Below are positions 56,599-64,000 of a DNA stretch of 64,000 bases, piece by piece; positions within the stretch are counted from its first letter, which is position 1, and every line of letters begins with the position of its first letter. This DNA comes from Dethiobacter sp. (GTDB lineage: Bacteria; Bacillota; Dethiobacteria; DTU022; UBA8154), in the NCBI GenBank assembly GCA_003605065.1, contig QZJM01000049.1, positions 208-64,207 of the forward strand. Reading direction: 5' to 3'. The notes under the pieces were generated by a model. The model searched no databases. It had not been told where the DNA came from and saw only the letters and a list, made by a program, of their open reading frames with translations. The position numbers and the translations under genes were made by a program.

Positions 56599-58923
56599 CT
56601 AATGGAACTGTATATAGTTAACCTTTCCTGCGGCAATATCTTCGTGTAAAACCTGCCCGACCTCTTCCTTCGCCGTAAAATACAGAACCTGCCAGCCCTT
56701 GGCACAGATTTTTTGGAGCACTTCCAGCTGCCTGCGCAATCTGGGCAGATCTGCTTTAACAAAGGGATCATCGAGAATAAAAAATCCCTTCTGCCCTTTT
56801 AAGAGCTTCTCTCCGAGCGCCAGCCTCACAGAAAGATAGAGCTGGTCAAAAGCGCCGCCGGACAGCTTCACTGCAGACAGGATATGCCCATCTTTATTTT
56901 TAACCTCCACTGTTTTTACCCCGGGATTAAAATTAACTTCTTCATATAAATTACCCGTTATCTCCGCAAAGTACGCGGAGATGAGGCTGTCCCGGCCAAA
57001 CAATTCCAGAACTTTCTCTTCTTCTTCCCTCTCAATTTCTTCAAAAATGCTTATGGCCTTTAGTACATAGTCTGTACTGGTTTCAACTTCATTAATAAAT
57101 TGTTTCAGCCTGTTTTGAATAGCCTGCAAATCAACCAGGGTATTACAGTGAAAATGTTCACCTTCCAGGCTGAAAACCCCGTTTGCTTTTTGCTCAATTT
57201 CCCTCAGCTTTTGCGTAAAAGCAGCCATTTTCGCCGTTATACTATTTTTCTCCTCTTCCAGTTCCTTTTTCCTGTTTTTTAAGAATGTGCTCCGTTCTTC
57301 GTCATAATCCAGGCCTCTGCCGGCGTGTTCATAAACCTTTAGCTTTTCCAGTTCTCCACGCCAGTAAAACATGTCTTCCTCTATTTTCCCCTGACCGGCA
57401 CCAAACAAATTTTTTAAGACGGCCGCCTGTTTCTCTTTAATCCTTTCCTGCTCCTGCTTTTCCCGGAGTTTCTGGCTATATTCATCCAGGGTCAATAACC
57501 CGCTTTTAATTTTAATCTTTTCGATGATATCCTCTGATTTAGCGGCACTTTGCCCACATTTTTCCTTTTCACTTTCCCTGTTTTGTATTTCTGCCTGCAG
57601 GAAAGAAAGGCGGCTGTCCGCTTTTTTTAATTCTTCTTCTTTTCTGTAGAGATTATCTTCAAAAGCGGCCATATTTTCCAGGACTTCCCCCAGGCTGGCA
57701 CCGCCCAACTGGTACCGGGCAGAGCTAAATTTAATTTTTTCCAGTAAACCCTTAAGGCGGGCCTTTCCCCTGACATAAGAAAAATACATTAAGGCAAAGA
57801 CTGCTGCTGAAGTGAGAAAAAGCATGGACAAAACATAAAAAGCAAAAGCAGGTCTGGCGATAATTCCGGCTATGGTCACCAGCAGCAGGACTGCCGAAAT
57901 TATGCCGGCAGCAGCAAAGAACCTGCTCTTTTCCCCTTCAGCCCCCAGTTTTTCATTTGTCAGGTCATAATCCCGGAGAAGTGGTTTAATATCGTTGTCA
58001 ACTTTTTCCTTCCTGCGGCGGAGAAGATGCAGATCCCTTTCTTTTTCTTCCATGAATAGGCGGGCCTTTTTGAGCTCCTCTTTTTTACTGTTTATATTCT
58101 CTTCCATTTCCCGGCAGCGCCTTATCTCCCTGTCCCGGTCACGCAGGTTATCCCGCCATAGTTCCTCATCTGCGCTGTTAAAAATGGACAGCGTATTAAC
58201 TGTTTCCCCGGCCTCCTCCAGGTTTTCCAGGGCAGTCCGGGCTCCTTCATAGATCTTCCTCTTCCTGGCCATTTCCAGGTTTTCCAGTTCCAGCCCAATA
58301 CCTTCCAGCTCTTCGGCAATTTTTATAACGGCATCTTCCAAAAGGTCTAACTTCGCCCCGGTGCTTTCCTCCATTAAAATCTCCGTTTTTTTAACGAGAT
58401 CAGCTGCCTCCAGAAATCTTGATTTGATCTTGCCGTAACGGGCGTCATCAGACAGCAGACCCTCGCTGGAGGCCCTGGTTAATTTACCTAGTTCCATGAG
58501 CTTTTTTTTCAGAGAAGAGATTTCCTCTATCCTCAACCCTGTAAGACGATCTGTTAAGCCGGCATAAAAATCGCTCTCCCTGTCGATAGCGAGGTCGCTA
58601 TTTCTGATAATAAAAATATTGCGGTATTCCGATGGGTTTATATCCGCCATTTGGCCCGGATCTCCCTTCCCGGGCAGCTTCATTTCTTTCCCGTCTTCCC
58701 CCTGGAGCACGACATAACCTTCGGGGTTTTCCTCCACCCGGTCCAGTCCTGCAAATATTTTTGGTGTGGCACTGCGGCCCAGCAGCATTTTCAACAGCGC
58801 ATCTATGGAAAGCGACTTTCCATCCTCGTTGTGTCCGAAAAAAAGGTTAAATTCCTTAAGAACAAACCTTTCGTCCCGGGCTACGGGACCATATCGCTTC
58901 AGGCAAAATTCCTTCAGGATCAT
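56599..58923 (-). CDS. yhaN: SbcC/Rad50-like AAA ATPase with central transmembrane hairpin (YhaN-like)
   Basis: 774 aa with Walker A GHNEDGKS at the N-terminus, long coiled-coil regions, an internal hydrophobic segment (AAAGIISAVLLLVTIAGII...FLTSAAVFALMYF), and C-terminal signature/Walker B (LSGGAFDQLYLSVRLAL, FFILDDPF). Confidence 0.75.
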   Translation of the reverse strand: MILKEFCLKRYGPVARDERFVLKEFNLFFGHNEDGKSLSIDALLKMLLGRSATPKIFAGLDRVEENPEGYVVLQGEDGKEMKLPGKGDPGQMADINPSEYRNIFIIRNSDLAIDRESDFYAGLTDRLTGLRIEEISSLKKKLMELGKLTRASSEGLLSDDARYGKIKSRFLEAADLVKKTEILMEESTGAKLDLLEDAVIKIAEELEGIGLELENLEMARKRKIYEGARTALENLEEAGETVNTLSIFNSADEELWRDNLRDRDREIRRCREMEENINSKKEELKKARLFMEEKERDLHLLRRRKEKVDNDIKPLLRDYDLTNEKLGAEGEKSRFFAAAGIISAVLLLVTIAGIIARPAFAFYVLSMLFLTSAAVFALMYFSYVRGKARLKGLLEKIKFSSARYQLGGASLGEVLENMAAFEDNLYRKEEELKKADSRLSFLQAEIQNRESEKEKCGQSAAKSEDIIEKIKIKSGLLTLDEYSQKLREKQEQERIKEKQAAVLKNLFGAGQGKIEEDMFYWRGELEKLKVYEHAGRGLDYDEERSTFLKNRKKELEEEKNSITAKMAAFTQKLREIEQKANGVFSLEGEHFHCNTLVDLQAIQNRLKQFINEVETSTDYVLKAISIFEEIEREEEEKVLELFGRDSLISAYFAEITGNLYEEVNFNPGVKTVEVKNKDGHILSAVKLSGGAFDQLYLSVRLALGEKLLKGQKGFFILDDPFVKADLPRLRRQLEVLQKICAKGWQVLYFTAKEEVGQVLHEDIAAGKVNYIQFH

Positions 58924-59984
58924 TTCCTTACCCCCATCATGGCCTGAATAGCCAGAGCAAGTATCTGTCTTTTTGTTACCTCAGGATGATCAGCCTGTCC
59001 CAGAACAGAGGAAAATTTTTTAAATAAACTATTTTCCAGGATAATACTGATATCCCTGAACTCGTAATTTTCTTCCACGCAATTTATTCCGCCAATTTTT
59101 TTCTTTATACCGGCCACAAGTTCCGTTTCACTTACCCCAAGCTCGGCACTGTTTATATAACCTTTCACTGTAAGAACAACTCTGGCCTGGGAATGGAGGG
59201 ACATTAAATGCTTTTCAATTATTTCCAGGGGGTTTTGATGCTTAAAAGGTTCCAGTTCGATTACCACTTCCGCAAAATGAGAGGTATTTAGAGTACGCTC
59301 TTCCGGCGGACTGCCCAGCCGGAAGATATTAACTTTGCGCAGGCCCGTTTCCCTCCTGGTTACAGAAACGGGAGAACCGGGATAAATAAAGTAACCGCCG
59401 TTATCCAGCAACCGCACGTCAAAATTGCGGTGAAAATGCCCCGCCAGGATATAATGAAAAGGCAGGTCTTTAAAATAGGAGAGTTTAAAAGGCATGTACC
59501 TCCCTGTGCCCTCATCACCCAGCTCACCCCTGAAATAGAAGGCGTCCAGCAGTTCGCCATGATATACCAAAATATTGCTTTTATCAGGAGAGAGCCTGTC
59601 TTTCAACATCCTGAGCCTGGCCTGGATTTCTGCCTCCCCGGCGTGCTCAAAAGACATCCCCCAGATTCTTACTTTTTCGTTTTCAAAAGGAGTATGCAGG
59701 TTATTTAAAATAACGGTATCATCCCCGAAATACATTCCGCCGCCAAATGAATCTTTATCGTGGTTCCCGGGAAGAATGATAATTTTAAAACTGTTACCGG
59801 AAAATATTTTTCGCAGGTACGGCCTTAAATTTTCCGCATTAATCCCCTCATCAAAGAGATCGCCGCTGATCACAAAAATGTCTATGCCCTCTTTACCGGC
59901 CAGATCTACAAGCTCCTGCAGCGCCATCCATCTTTCATCAGCATATTCCCTCAGATGAATATCAGCCGTGTGCAGTATTTTCAT
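58920..59984 (-). CDS. yhaO: SbcD/Mre11-like metallophosphoesterase (YhaO-like)
   Basis: The track ORF runs to 60041. The probable start is the ATG at 59984 (MKILHTADIHL) with RBS GGGAGCGGG. Calcineurin-like motifs DIHL, GDLFD, GNHD, GHFH. Confidence 0.75.
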   Translation of the reverse strand: MKILHTADIHLREYADERWMALQELVDLAGKEGIDIFVISGDLFDEGINAENLRPYLRKIFSGNSFKIIILPGNHDKDSFGGGMYFGDDTVILNNLHTPFENEKVRIWGMSFEHAGEAEIQARLRMLKDRLSPDKSNILVYHGELLDAFYFRGELGDEGTGRYMPFKLSYFKDLPFHYILAGHFHRNFDVRLLDNGGYFIYPGSPVSVTRRETGLRKVNIFRLGSPPEERTLNTSHFAEVVIELEPFKHQNPLEIIEKHLMSLHSQARVVLTVKGYINSAELGVSETELVAGIKKKIGGINCVEENYEFRDISIILENSLFKKFSSVLGQADHPEVTKRQILALAIQAMMGVRK

Positions 59985-60068
59985 TTTCGCCCGCTCCCGA
60001 TTTTTAAAGGTGAGTTTGTACTTATATGCTAATTTTAGCAAAATAAACCAGGAAAAACAAGTGCCATA

Positions 60069-60341
60069 CTATCTCCTTAAACCCCAGAATATTAAGGCTG
60101 CCCCCAGATAGACGAAGATCATCTTGTTATAATTTATTTTCTGCGTGAGCCCTGTCAGTCCCAGGTACATGGCTCCTAAAAAAATTAAAGGCCCGATAGT
60201 GGCCAGTACAGCATTAATTTTTAAAGCATGTTCCAGGCTGTTAAACCTGTAAATTAAAAAAGCAGCGAAGATTTCTATGCTCCCCGATAAAATGCGTAAA
60301 AAAACGATAGCGAGAAGTAATGAAGACATCAATTTCCACAC
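60069..60341 (-). CDS. small integral membrane protein (3 TM), unknown function
   Basis: 90 aa, hydrophobic. Lies 85 bp upstream of yhaO on the same strand. Confidence 0.4.
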   Translation of the reverse strand: MWKLMSSLLLAIVFLRILSGSIEIFAAFLIYRFNSLEHALKINAVLATIGPLIFLGAMYLGLTGLTQKINYNKMIFVYLGAALIFWGLRR

Positions 60342-60463
60342 CTCGTATTTTTTTGCTTTGCTGCTATAAAAAAAACAGGGAATTGTTAAGATCTTGTTAT
60401 TGTATTTATATTCAATGTGTGCTATATAATGATTAAAATGGGAATAGAGGAGGTGCGTTTAAA

Positions 60464-60541
60464 ATGCCCGGCAAACAAACAAAGTCCAGTAATGACAAAA
60501 CAAAGACCAAGCAAAAACCAAAAAGCAAGCCGAAAAAATAA
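60464..60541 (+). CDS. candidate 25-aa lysine-rich peptide MPGKQTKSSNDKTKTKQKPKSKPKK
   Basis: Strong RBS AGAGGAGGTG 7 nt upstream. Followed by a perfect 12-bp-stem bidirectional terminator. Confidence 0.35.
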   Translation: MPGKQTKSSNDKTKTKQKPKSKPKK

Positions 60542-60606
60542 CAATGTAATTGTTGATTCGTTTTATGGCAGCCATTAATTATTTTAGGCTTTAAAAACGT
60601 GCTTCC

Positions 60607-60650
60607 CAAAAATAGAGTAGAAATTTCTACTCTATTTTTTTTTAATTCAC
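60607..60650. terminator. bidirectional terminator AAAAATAGAGTAGAAATTTCTACTCTATTTTTTTTT
   Basis: Perfect 24-nt palindrome flanked by an A-run and a T-run. Confidence 0.7.
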
Positions 60651-60740
60651 TCCAGCCTAAAAAAACAAATTTTTAAATCAGGGGATAGAAGATTATTTTC
60701 AGCAAAAAATAATAGTAGTATACAGAAAGGAGGGATAAAT

Positions 60741-60902
60741 TGGTGGCCAAGAAGTATAACAAAAGCCGTGAACAGAAACCCAATTATACCAAAAGAGGAA
60801 AAGATAACTTCCGCGTTGAAGCAGGAACAGATTTTGATCTGGACAGCAAACTAAAAGAACAAAAAAATTCGAGCCCGTGCATTAACCCCAAACAAAGATA
60901 AG
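60741..60902 (+). CDS. candidate small basic protein (~53 aa) VAKKYNKSREQKPNYTKRGKDNFRVEAGTDFDLDSKLKEQKNSSPCINPKQR
   Basis: RBS AGGAGGG 5 nt before a TTG/GTG start. A GC-rich terminator (GGGCCAG...CTGGCCC + T-run) follows at about 60972-61010. Confidence 0.35.
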
Positions 60903-61067
60903 TAACCTTAGCCTCCAGGAACTGAAAAACATCTTCCTAAGAGTAGAATTAAGAGTAAAGTAAACTCTTTCCCGGGCCAGGGGGAACATACACTGGCCCT
61001 TATTTTTTCCCGGATATTTTTTTTAAAAGAAGAGAAAAATAAAAAGAAAACGGGGGTGTAAAACAGT

Positions 61068-61208
61068 GACTGAAGAGAGAGGGCCTGACGAAACAAAGGT
61101 CATCAGCTACGCGGCCATCAGGTACGGCACCTGGCTGCTGGGCTTAATTATTGTGCTGTATTTTATCGGACGCCATTTTTTCCCCTTTATACGCTCCCTG
61201 TTTTAAAG
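61068..61208 (+). CDS. candidate small membrane protein (~45 aa, one TM)
   Basis: GTG start after ACGGGGGTG. Protein TEERGPDETKVISYAAIRYGTWLLGLIIVLYFIGRHFFPFIRSLF. Terminator CAGGGC...GCCCTG + T7 at 61305-61345. Confidence 0.3.
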
Positions 61209-61439
61209 GAAGTACGCCACTATTTTCCATTACCCCGTATTTTTAACTAAATTTTAAAATAAGTTAACATAATTTTAGAAATTCTTAATAATTGGAGCAG
61301 GGCATTAACCAGCAAGTTTGCCCTGTTCATTTTTTTGTATATAATAGAAGTTAACATAACTATTTCCTGAAAGTGGATGCTGTTGCAAAAAAAGTGAAGT
61401 TCTCCTTTTCAGGAATAACAGTTAACAGGAGGTATACAT

Positions 61440-62255
61440 ATGCTGCATTCCCTCAGACAAGCCTCAGGGAGATTATTCTTACTTTTCTTGATTACGGGGC
61501 TTCTCCTCCTTAGCTGGTGCCGGGCCGGAGAAGCAGCAACAACCCACCGTGTCGCCCCCAACGAAACCCTCTTTTTAGTCGCCCAGCTGTACAATACCAA
61601 CGCTGCAGAACTGGCAAAGGCCAACGGGATTACCAACCCCTCACTGATTTACCCCGGGCAGGTTTTAACTATACCGACAAAAATACATACTGTCAAGGCG
61701 GGAGAGACCATGTGGATTATCTCCCAGAAATACGGCGTAAGCCTCCCCGCGCTGATCTCCGCCAACCCCGGTATATCACCCTATAACATCTACCCGGGCC
61801 AAAAACTTAAGATACCCGTACCCGGTACTGCTTCCGGCGAAGGTGGTGCTTTACCCTCACGCGGGGGACGGGATTATACGTCAGGATTTTCACAACAGGA
61901 GATCGATCTCTTTGCCCGCCTGGTTTACGCCGAAGCGGCAGGAGAATCATATACCGGGCAGGTTGCCGTAGCTGCTTCGGTCCTTAACAGGATCGCCAGC
62001 CCCAGGTATCCCAACACTATTCCCGGGGTTATCTACCAGATTGTCGACGGCTATTGCCAGTACAGTCCCGTGTTGGACGGCAGGATAAACATCCCGGCCA
62101 ATAAAACGGCATACCAGGCCGTCTACGATGCCCTGGGCGGATGGGACCCCTCCAACAACGCCCTGGGATTCTACAACCCCAGCAAAACCAGCAACCAGTG
62201 GGTGCGCCAGCAGCAGGTCACAACAGTTATCGGCAACCATATTTTCTTCCGGTAA
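61440..62255 (+). CDS. sleB: spore cortex-lytic enzyme SleB-like (2x LysM + Hydrolase_2 domain)
   Basis: 271 aa with a signal peptide and two LysM repeats (HRVAPNETLFLVAQLY...; HTVKAGETMWIISQKY...). The C-terminal SleB/CwlJ catalytic domain has YAEAAGE. Confidence 0.85.
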   Translation: MLHSLRQASGRLFLLFLITGLLLLSWCRAGEAATTHRVAPNETLFLVAQLYNTNAAELAKANGITNPSLIYPGQVLTIPTKIHTVKAGETMWIISQKYGVSLPALISANPGISPYNIYPGQKLKIPVPGTASGEGGALPSRGGRDYTSGFSQQEIDLFARLVYAEAAGESYTGQVAVAASVLNRIASPRYPNTIPGVIYQIVDGYCQYSPVLDGRINIPANKTAYQAVYDALGGWDPSNNALGFYNPSKTSNQWVRQQQVTTVIGNHIFFR

Positions 62256-62544
62256 GCTGCCCCGTTAAAATGAAAATAGCGCAGCGTTTGCTAAGGCGGA
62301 GCTCCAAGTTCCGCTCTGAATGCTCTATGCTTCAGCTCAAGTCTACGATGACCTTCCCAGGAGAGCTCGCATCCTACTCGCCTCCTGGCTGCCGGCTTCC
62401 ATGCCGGCAGGGCCATCTTCAACCTTCGCTTCAGCATGAGCATTTTCCCTTCGCTTCACCAAGTCACTCCGCCTTAACAAAACGCTTCGTCTACGTACAA
62501 TTGCCGGTACTAAAACCGGTATTTTTATTCTTTTTTTGTATTAT

Positions 62545-62763
62545 TTACATACCGGTTTTTAAAAACGGTATCCTCTCGTAAATAAAGTTTAACACATCGA
62601 TGACGACAGGCAAGGGGACCCTGGCAACCACCAGAAGGGCATAGACCGCGGCTGTGCACCATACCAGGCCAAAACCGAGAAGCTCCCTGTACTGCTGTTC
62701 TTTCAGCAGGGGGGGGACCTGGAAAACAGCGATGGCAATCATGATCACAATAACACCAAACAA
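62545..62763 (-). CDS. candidate small membrane protein (72 aa, 2 TM)
   Basis: TTG start after GGGGTGA. Hydrophobic MFGVIVIMIAIAV...WCTAAVYALLVVA. Lies downstream of the Ger(x)C gene on the same strand. Confidence 0.3.
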   Translation of the reverse strand: MFGVIVIMIAIAVFQVPPLLKEQQYRELLGFGLVWCTAAVYALLVVARVPLPVVIDVLNFIYERIPFLKTGM

Positions 62764-62870
62764 TCTTGCTCACCCCGGAAAAAATTTTTTTTTTAACAAA
62801 AAAATTCACTTGCAGGCTTTCTATGGTAAAGTTTCAGTGCCTCTTCTTAAAAAACTTCCACTCTAGATTC

Positions 62871-64000
62871 TCAACGGATTTTGATGGGCTCAAGGACAAG
62901 GCCGTACCTCCTGATAACGGCCTCAACTTCTATATCCACCATTACAGCAGGAAAAATTTCCTCCCACTTTTCCTCCAGGCGCTTCCAGTCCCTAGGCCTG
63001 GTGCGGTAGATGATATTCCCCAGGCCGAAAACATCCGCCTCCAATTCCCGGGCTTTTTCCAGGCTCATGGCAATCTCGTTACGGATTACGATGGCCATGC
63101 GCCTGTTGAGAGAATTGATAAACTCCTCCTCCAGGGGCAGATCCCGGCAGGCAAATTCCTGGATGCTACTTTCAGCCCTTATGGAGGCCTTGAAACGCAC
63201 CCGGTCACCCTCGATTTTGGGTTCAAGCTTTGCGTCGGATTCAAACACTTCCACGGTCAGCAATTCCTCCTCGCTGCCCGGGCATTTCAGAACCAGGGTG
63301 GCACGACTGACATCCCCCTTAAGCCACAAATAGCCTGACGTTTCCCTGTCATCAAGGAAGCCAACCAGCCTATCCCCGCGGAAAACGGCTGCGCCGGAGA
63401 TGCGTGCGGGGTTAATTCTACCGCTCTTTTCCCTGTCCTTTCCCTCCTGTTCTAAAACTGCTATCCGCGGTAAAATCAGCTCCAACCCGGGCGCAGCAAG
63501 GTGATGAAAAAGTATCCTTAAAGATTCCACATCCGGGAGCACTGAACGCTCAAGTCTTATACTAAATAGCTGCTTGCTTACTGCCGTAGCCCCGGTCTCC
63601 TCCAAGGGGAAATCAGCCTCCAGCAGCCTGCGCACATCTCCCTGCACCACAAAAGGACGAGCGGTCGGGCGGGGTTCGCGCTCGCGGTCTAAAAAATCCA
63701 GGACCCGCCTGATTCCTTTCCTGGACAGTTCTTCGGAAAATAGCACGGCTTCATTGTGCGTCCAGACCAGCTTCCTCGAGCTTAAAACCTCCAGGTTCTT
63801 TATGGCCTCATAGATGGTATGCCCCGTGGCCTCCACCACCCAGAAAGGGGGTTTTTTCCCGCCCCCGCCGCCTCCTTCTTGCTGGCCGCCTTCCTCCCCC
63901 AGGGGGTTAGCCACCTGAACGATCACTCTAAAAAGCCCGGAGTCAGGTTTAATGTCGAAGGCCGCCATGGTAATGAATCCCAGCACATCCGGCTCGCGCC
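62871..64000 (-). CDS. spore germination protein, Ger(x)C lipoprotein family, N-terminus beyond window
   Basis: 371+ aa matching the GerAC/GerBC/GerKC C subunits. No signal peptide at the first Met of the ORF and the reading frame stays open to the window end, so the true start lies upstream. Confidence 0.75.
   Translation of the reverse strand, partial: REPDVLGFITMAAFDIKPDSGLFRVIVQVANPLGEEGGQQEGGGGGGKKPPFWVVEATGHTIYEAIKNLEVLSSRKLVWTHNEAVLFSEELSRKGIRRVLDFLDREREPRPTARPFVVQGDVRRLLEADFPLEETGATAVSKQLFSIRLERSVLPDVESLRILFHHLAAPGLELILPRIAVLEQEGKDREKSGRINPARISGAAVFRGDRLVGFLDDRETSGYLWLKGDVSRATLVLKCPGSEEELLTVEVFESDAKLEPKIEGDRVRFKASIRAESSIQEFACRDLPLEEEFINSLNRRMAIVIRNEIAMSLEKARELEADVFGLGNIIYRTRPRDWKRLEEKWEEIFPAVMVDIEVEAVIRRYGLVLEPIKIR

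Noticed and set aside
57995-58252. 85-aa Ser/Arg-rich plus ORF
   Set aside because: Antisense within the coiled-coil region of yhaN, a typical low-complexity shadow frame.
62525-62809. 94-aa minus ORF competing with the 72-aa small membrane ORF
   Set aside because: Cys/His/Pro-rich junk-like translation spanning the non-coding ACCGGTAT repeat region. The alternative 72-aa frame is hydrophobic and has an RBS.
1-64000. Search for CRISPR arrays, transposases/IS, integrases, rRNA/tRNA genes
   Set aside because: No spaced direct-repeat arrays, no DDE/HUH/tyrosine-recombinase-like ORFs and no tRNA-like cloverleaf regions were recognised. The only repeats are the T-box duplication, the kor-gap tandem repeats and the palindromes listed above.

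Overview
This 64 kb window reads like chromosome from a spore-forming, probably anaerobic or thermophilic Firmicute (Clostridia/Peptococcaceae-like). GC is about 50%, genes are densely packed, and many have overlapping start and stop codons. No IS element, integrase, CRISPR array, rRNA or tRNA gene was seen.

Positions 1-18,887, all on the minus strand, form a roughly 19 kb aromatic amino acid supraoperon in the order aroF-tyrA-aroA-aroC-aroB-aroE-aroK-aroQ-aroH-[Trp T-box]-trpD2-trpC2-trpF2-trpB-trpA-[CodY-family regulator]-trpE-trpG-trpD-trpC-trpF. Its unusual points are a second trpD-trpC-trpF set, a Trp-specific T-box leader sitting inside the operon, and a CodY-family paralog between trpA and trpE.

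The 18.9-20.05 kb intergenic region holds two back-to-back sigma-A promoters. Each feeds a T-box leader: pheA on the plus strand, the aroF operon on the minus strand. The two leaders share a homologous Stem I, and the aroF leader carries an extra complete T-box with a putative Tyr (UAC) specifier.

From about 21 to 29 kb come the following, in order:
- thiC behind a TPP riboswitch.
- A remnant of a family-5 solute-binding protein.
- An FmdE-like gene preceded by a truncated copy of the aroF T-box 3' half.
- nadC, nadB and nadA with niaR, with palindromic operators in the niaR-nadA gap.
- A VapBC toxin-antitoxin pair.
- The start of glgB-glgC-glgD-glgA.

The second half of the window contains:
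- An unannotated HesB/IscA-like selenoprotein gene with an in-frame TGA at the conserved cysteine position.
- A four-subunit 2-oxoacid:ferredoxin oxidoreductase operon with a repeat-rich 200-bp internal gap.
- A NamZ-like DUF1343 protein fused to copper amine oxidase-like domains, next to a DUF368 membrane protein.
- A small ORF plus a trypsin-like peptidase whose N-terminal domain is paralogous to the small ORF.
- A trehalose/alpha-glucan cluster (TreT-like GT4, TreZ, GH57-like).
- A cysteine-rich four-helix-bundle protein.
- A decayed Mrr plus NYN island, followed by a consensus-promoter-to-terminator candidate sRNA.
- YhaO/YhaN (SbcCD-like).
- Small peptides, SleB and Ger(x)C sporulation genes.
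- Several structured intergenic elements.
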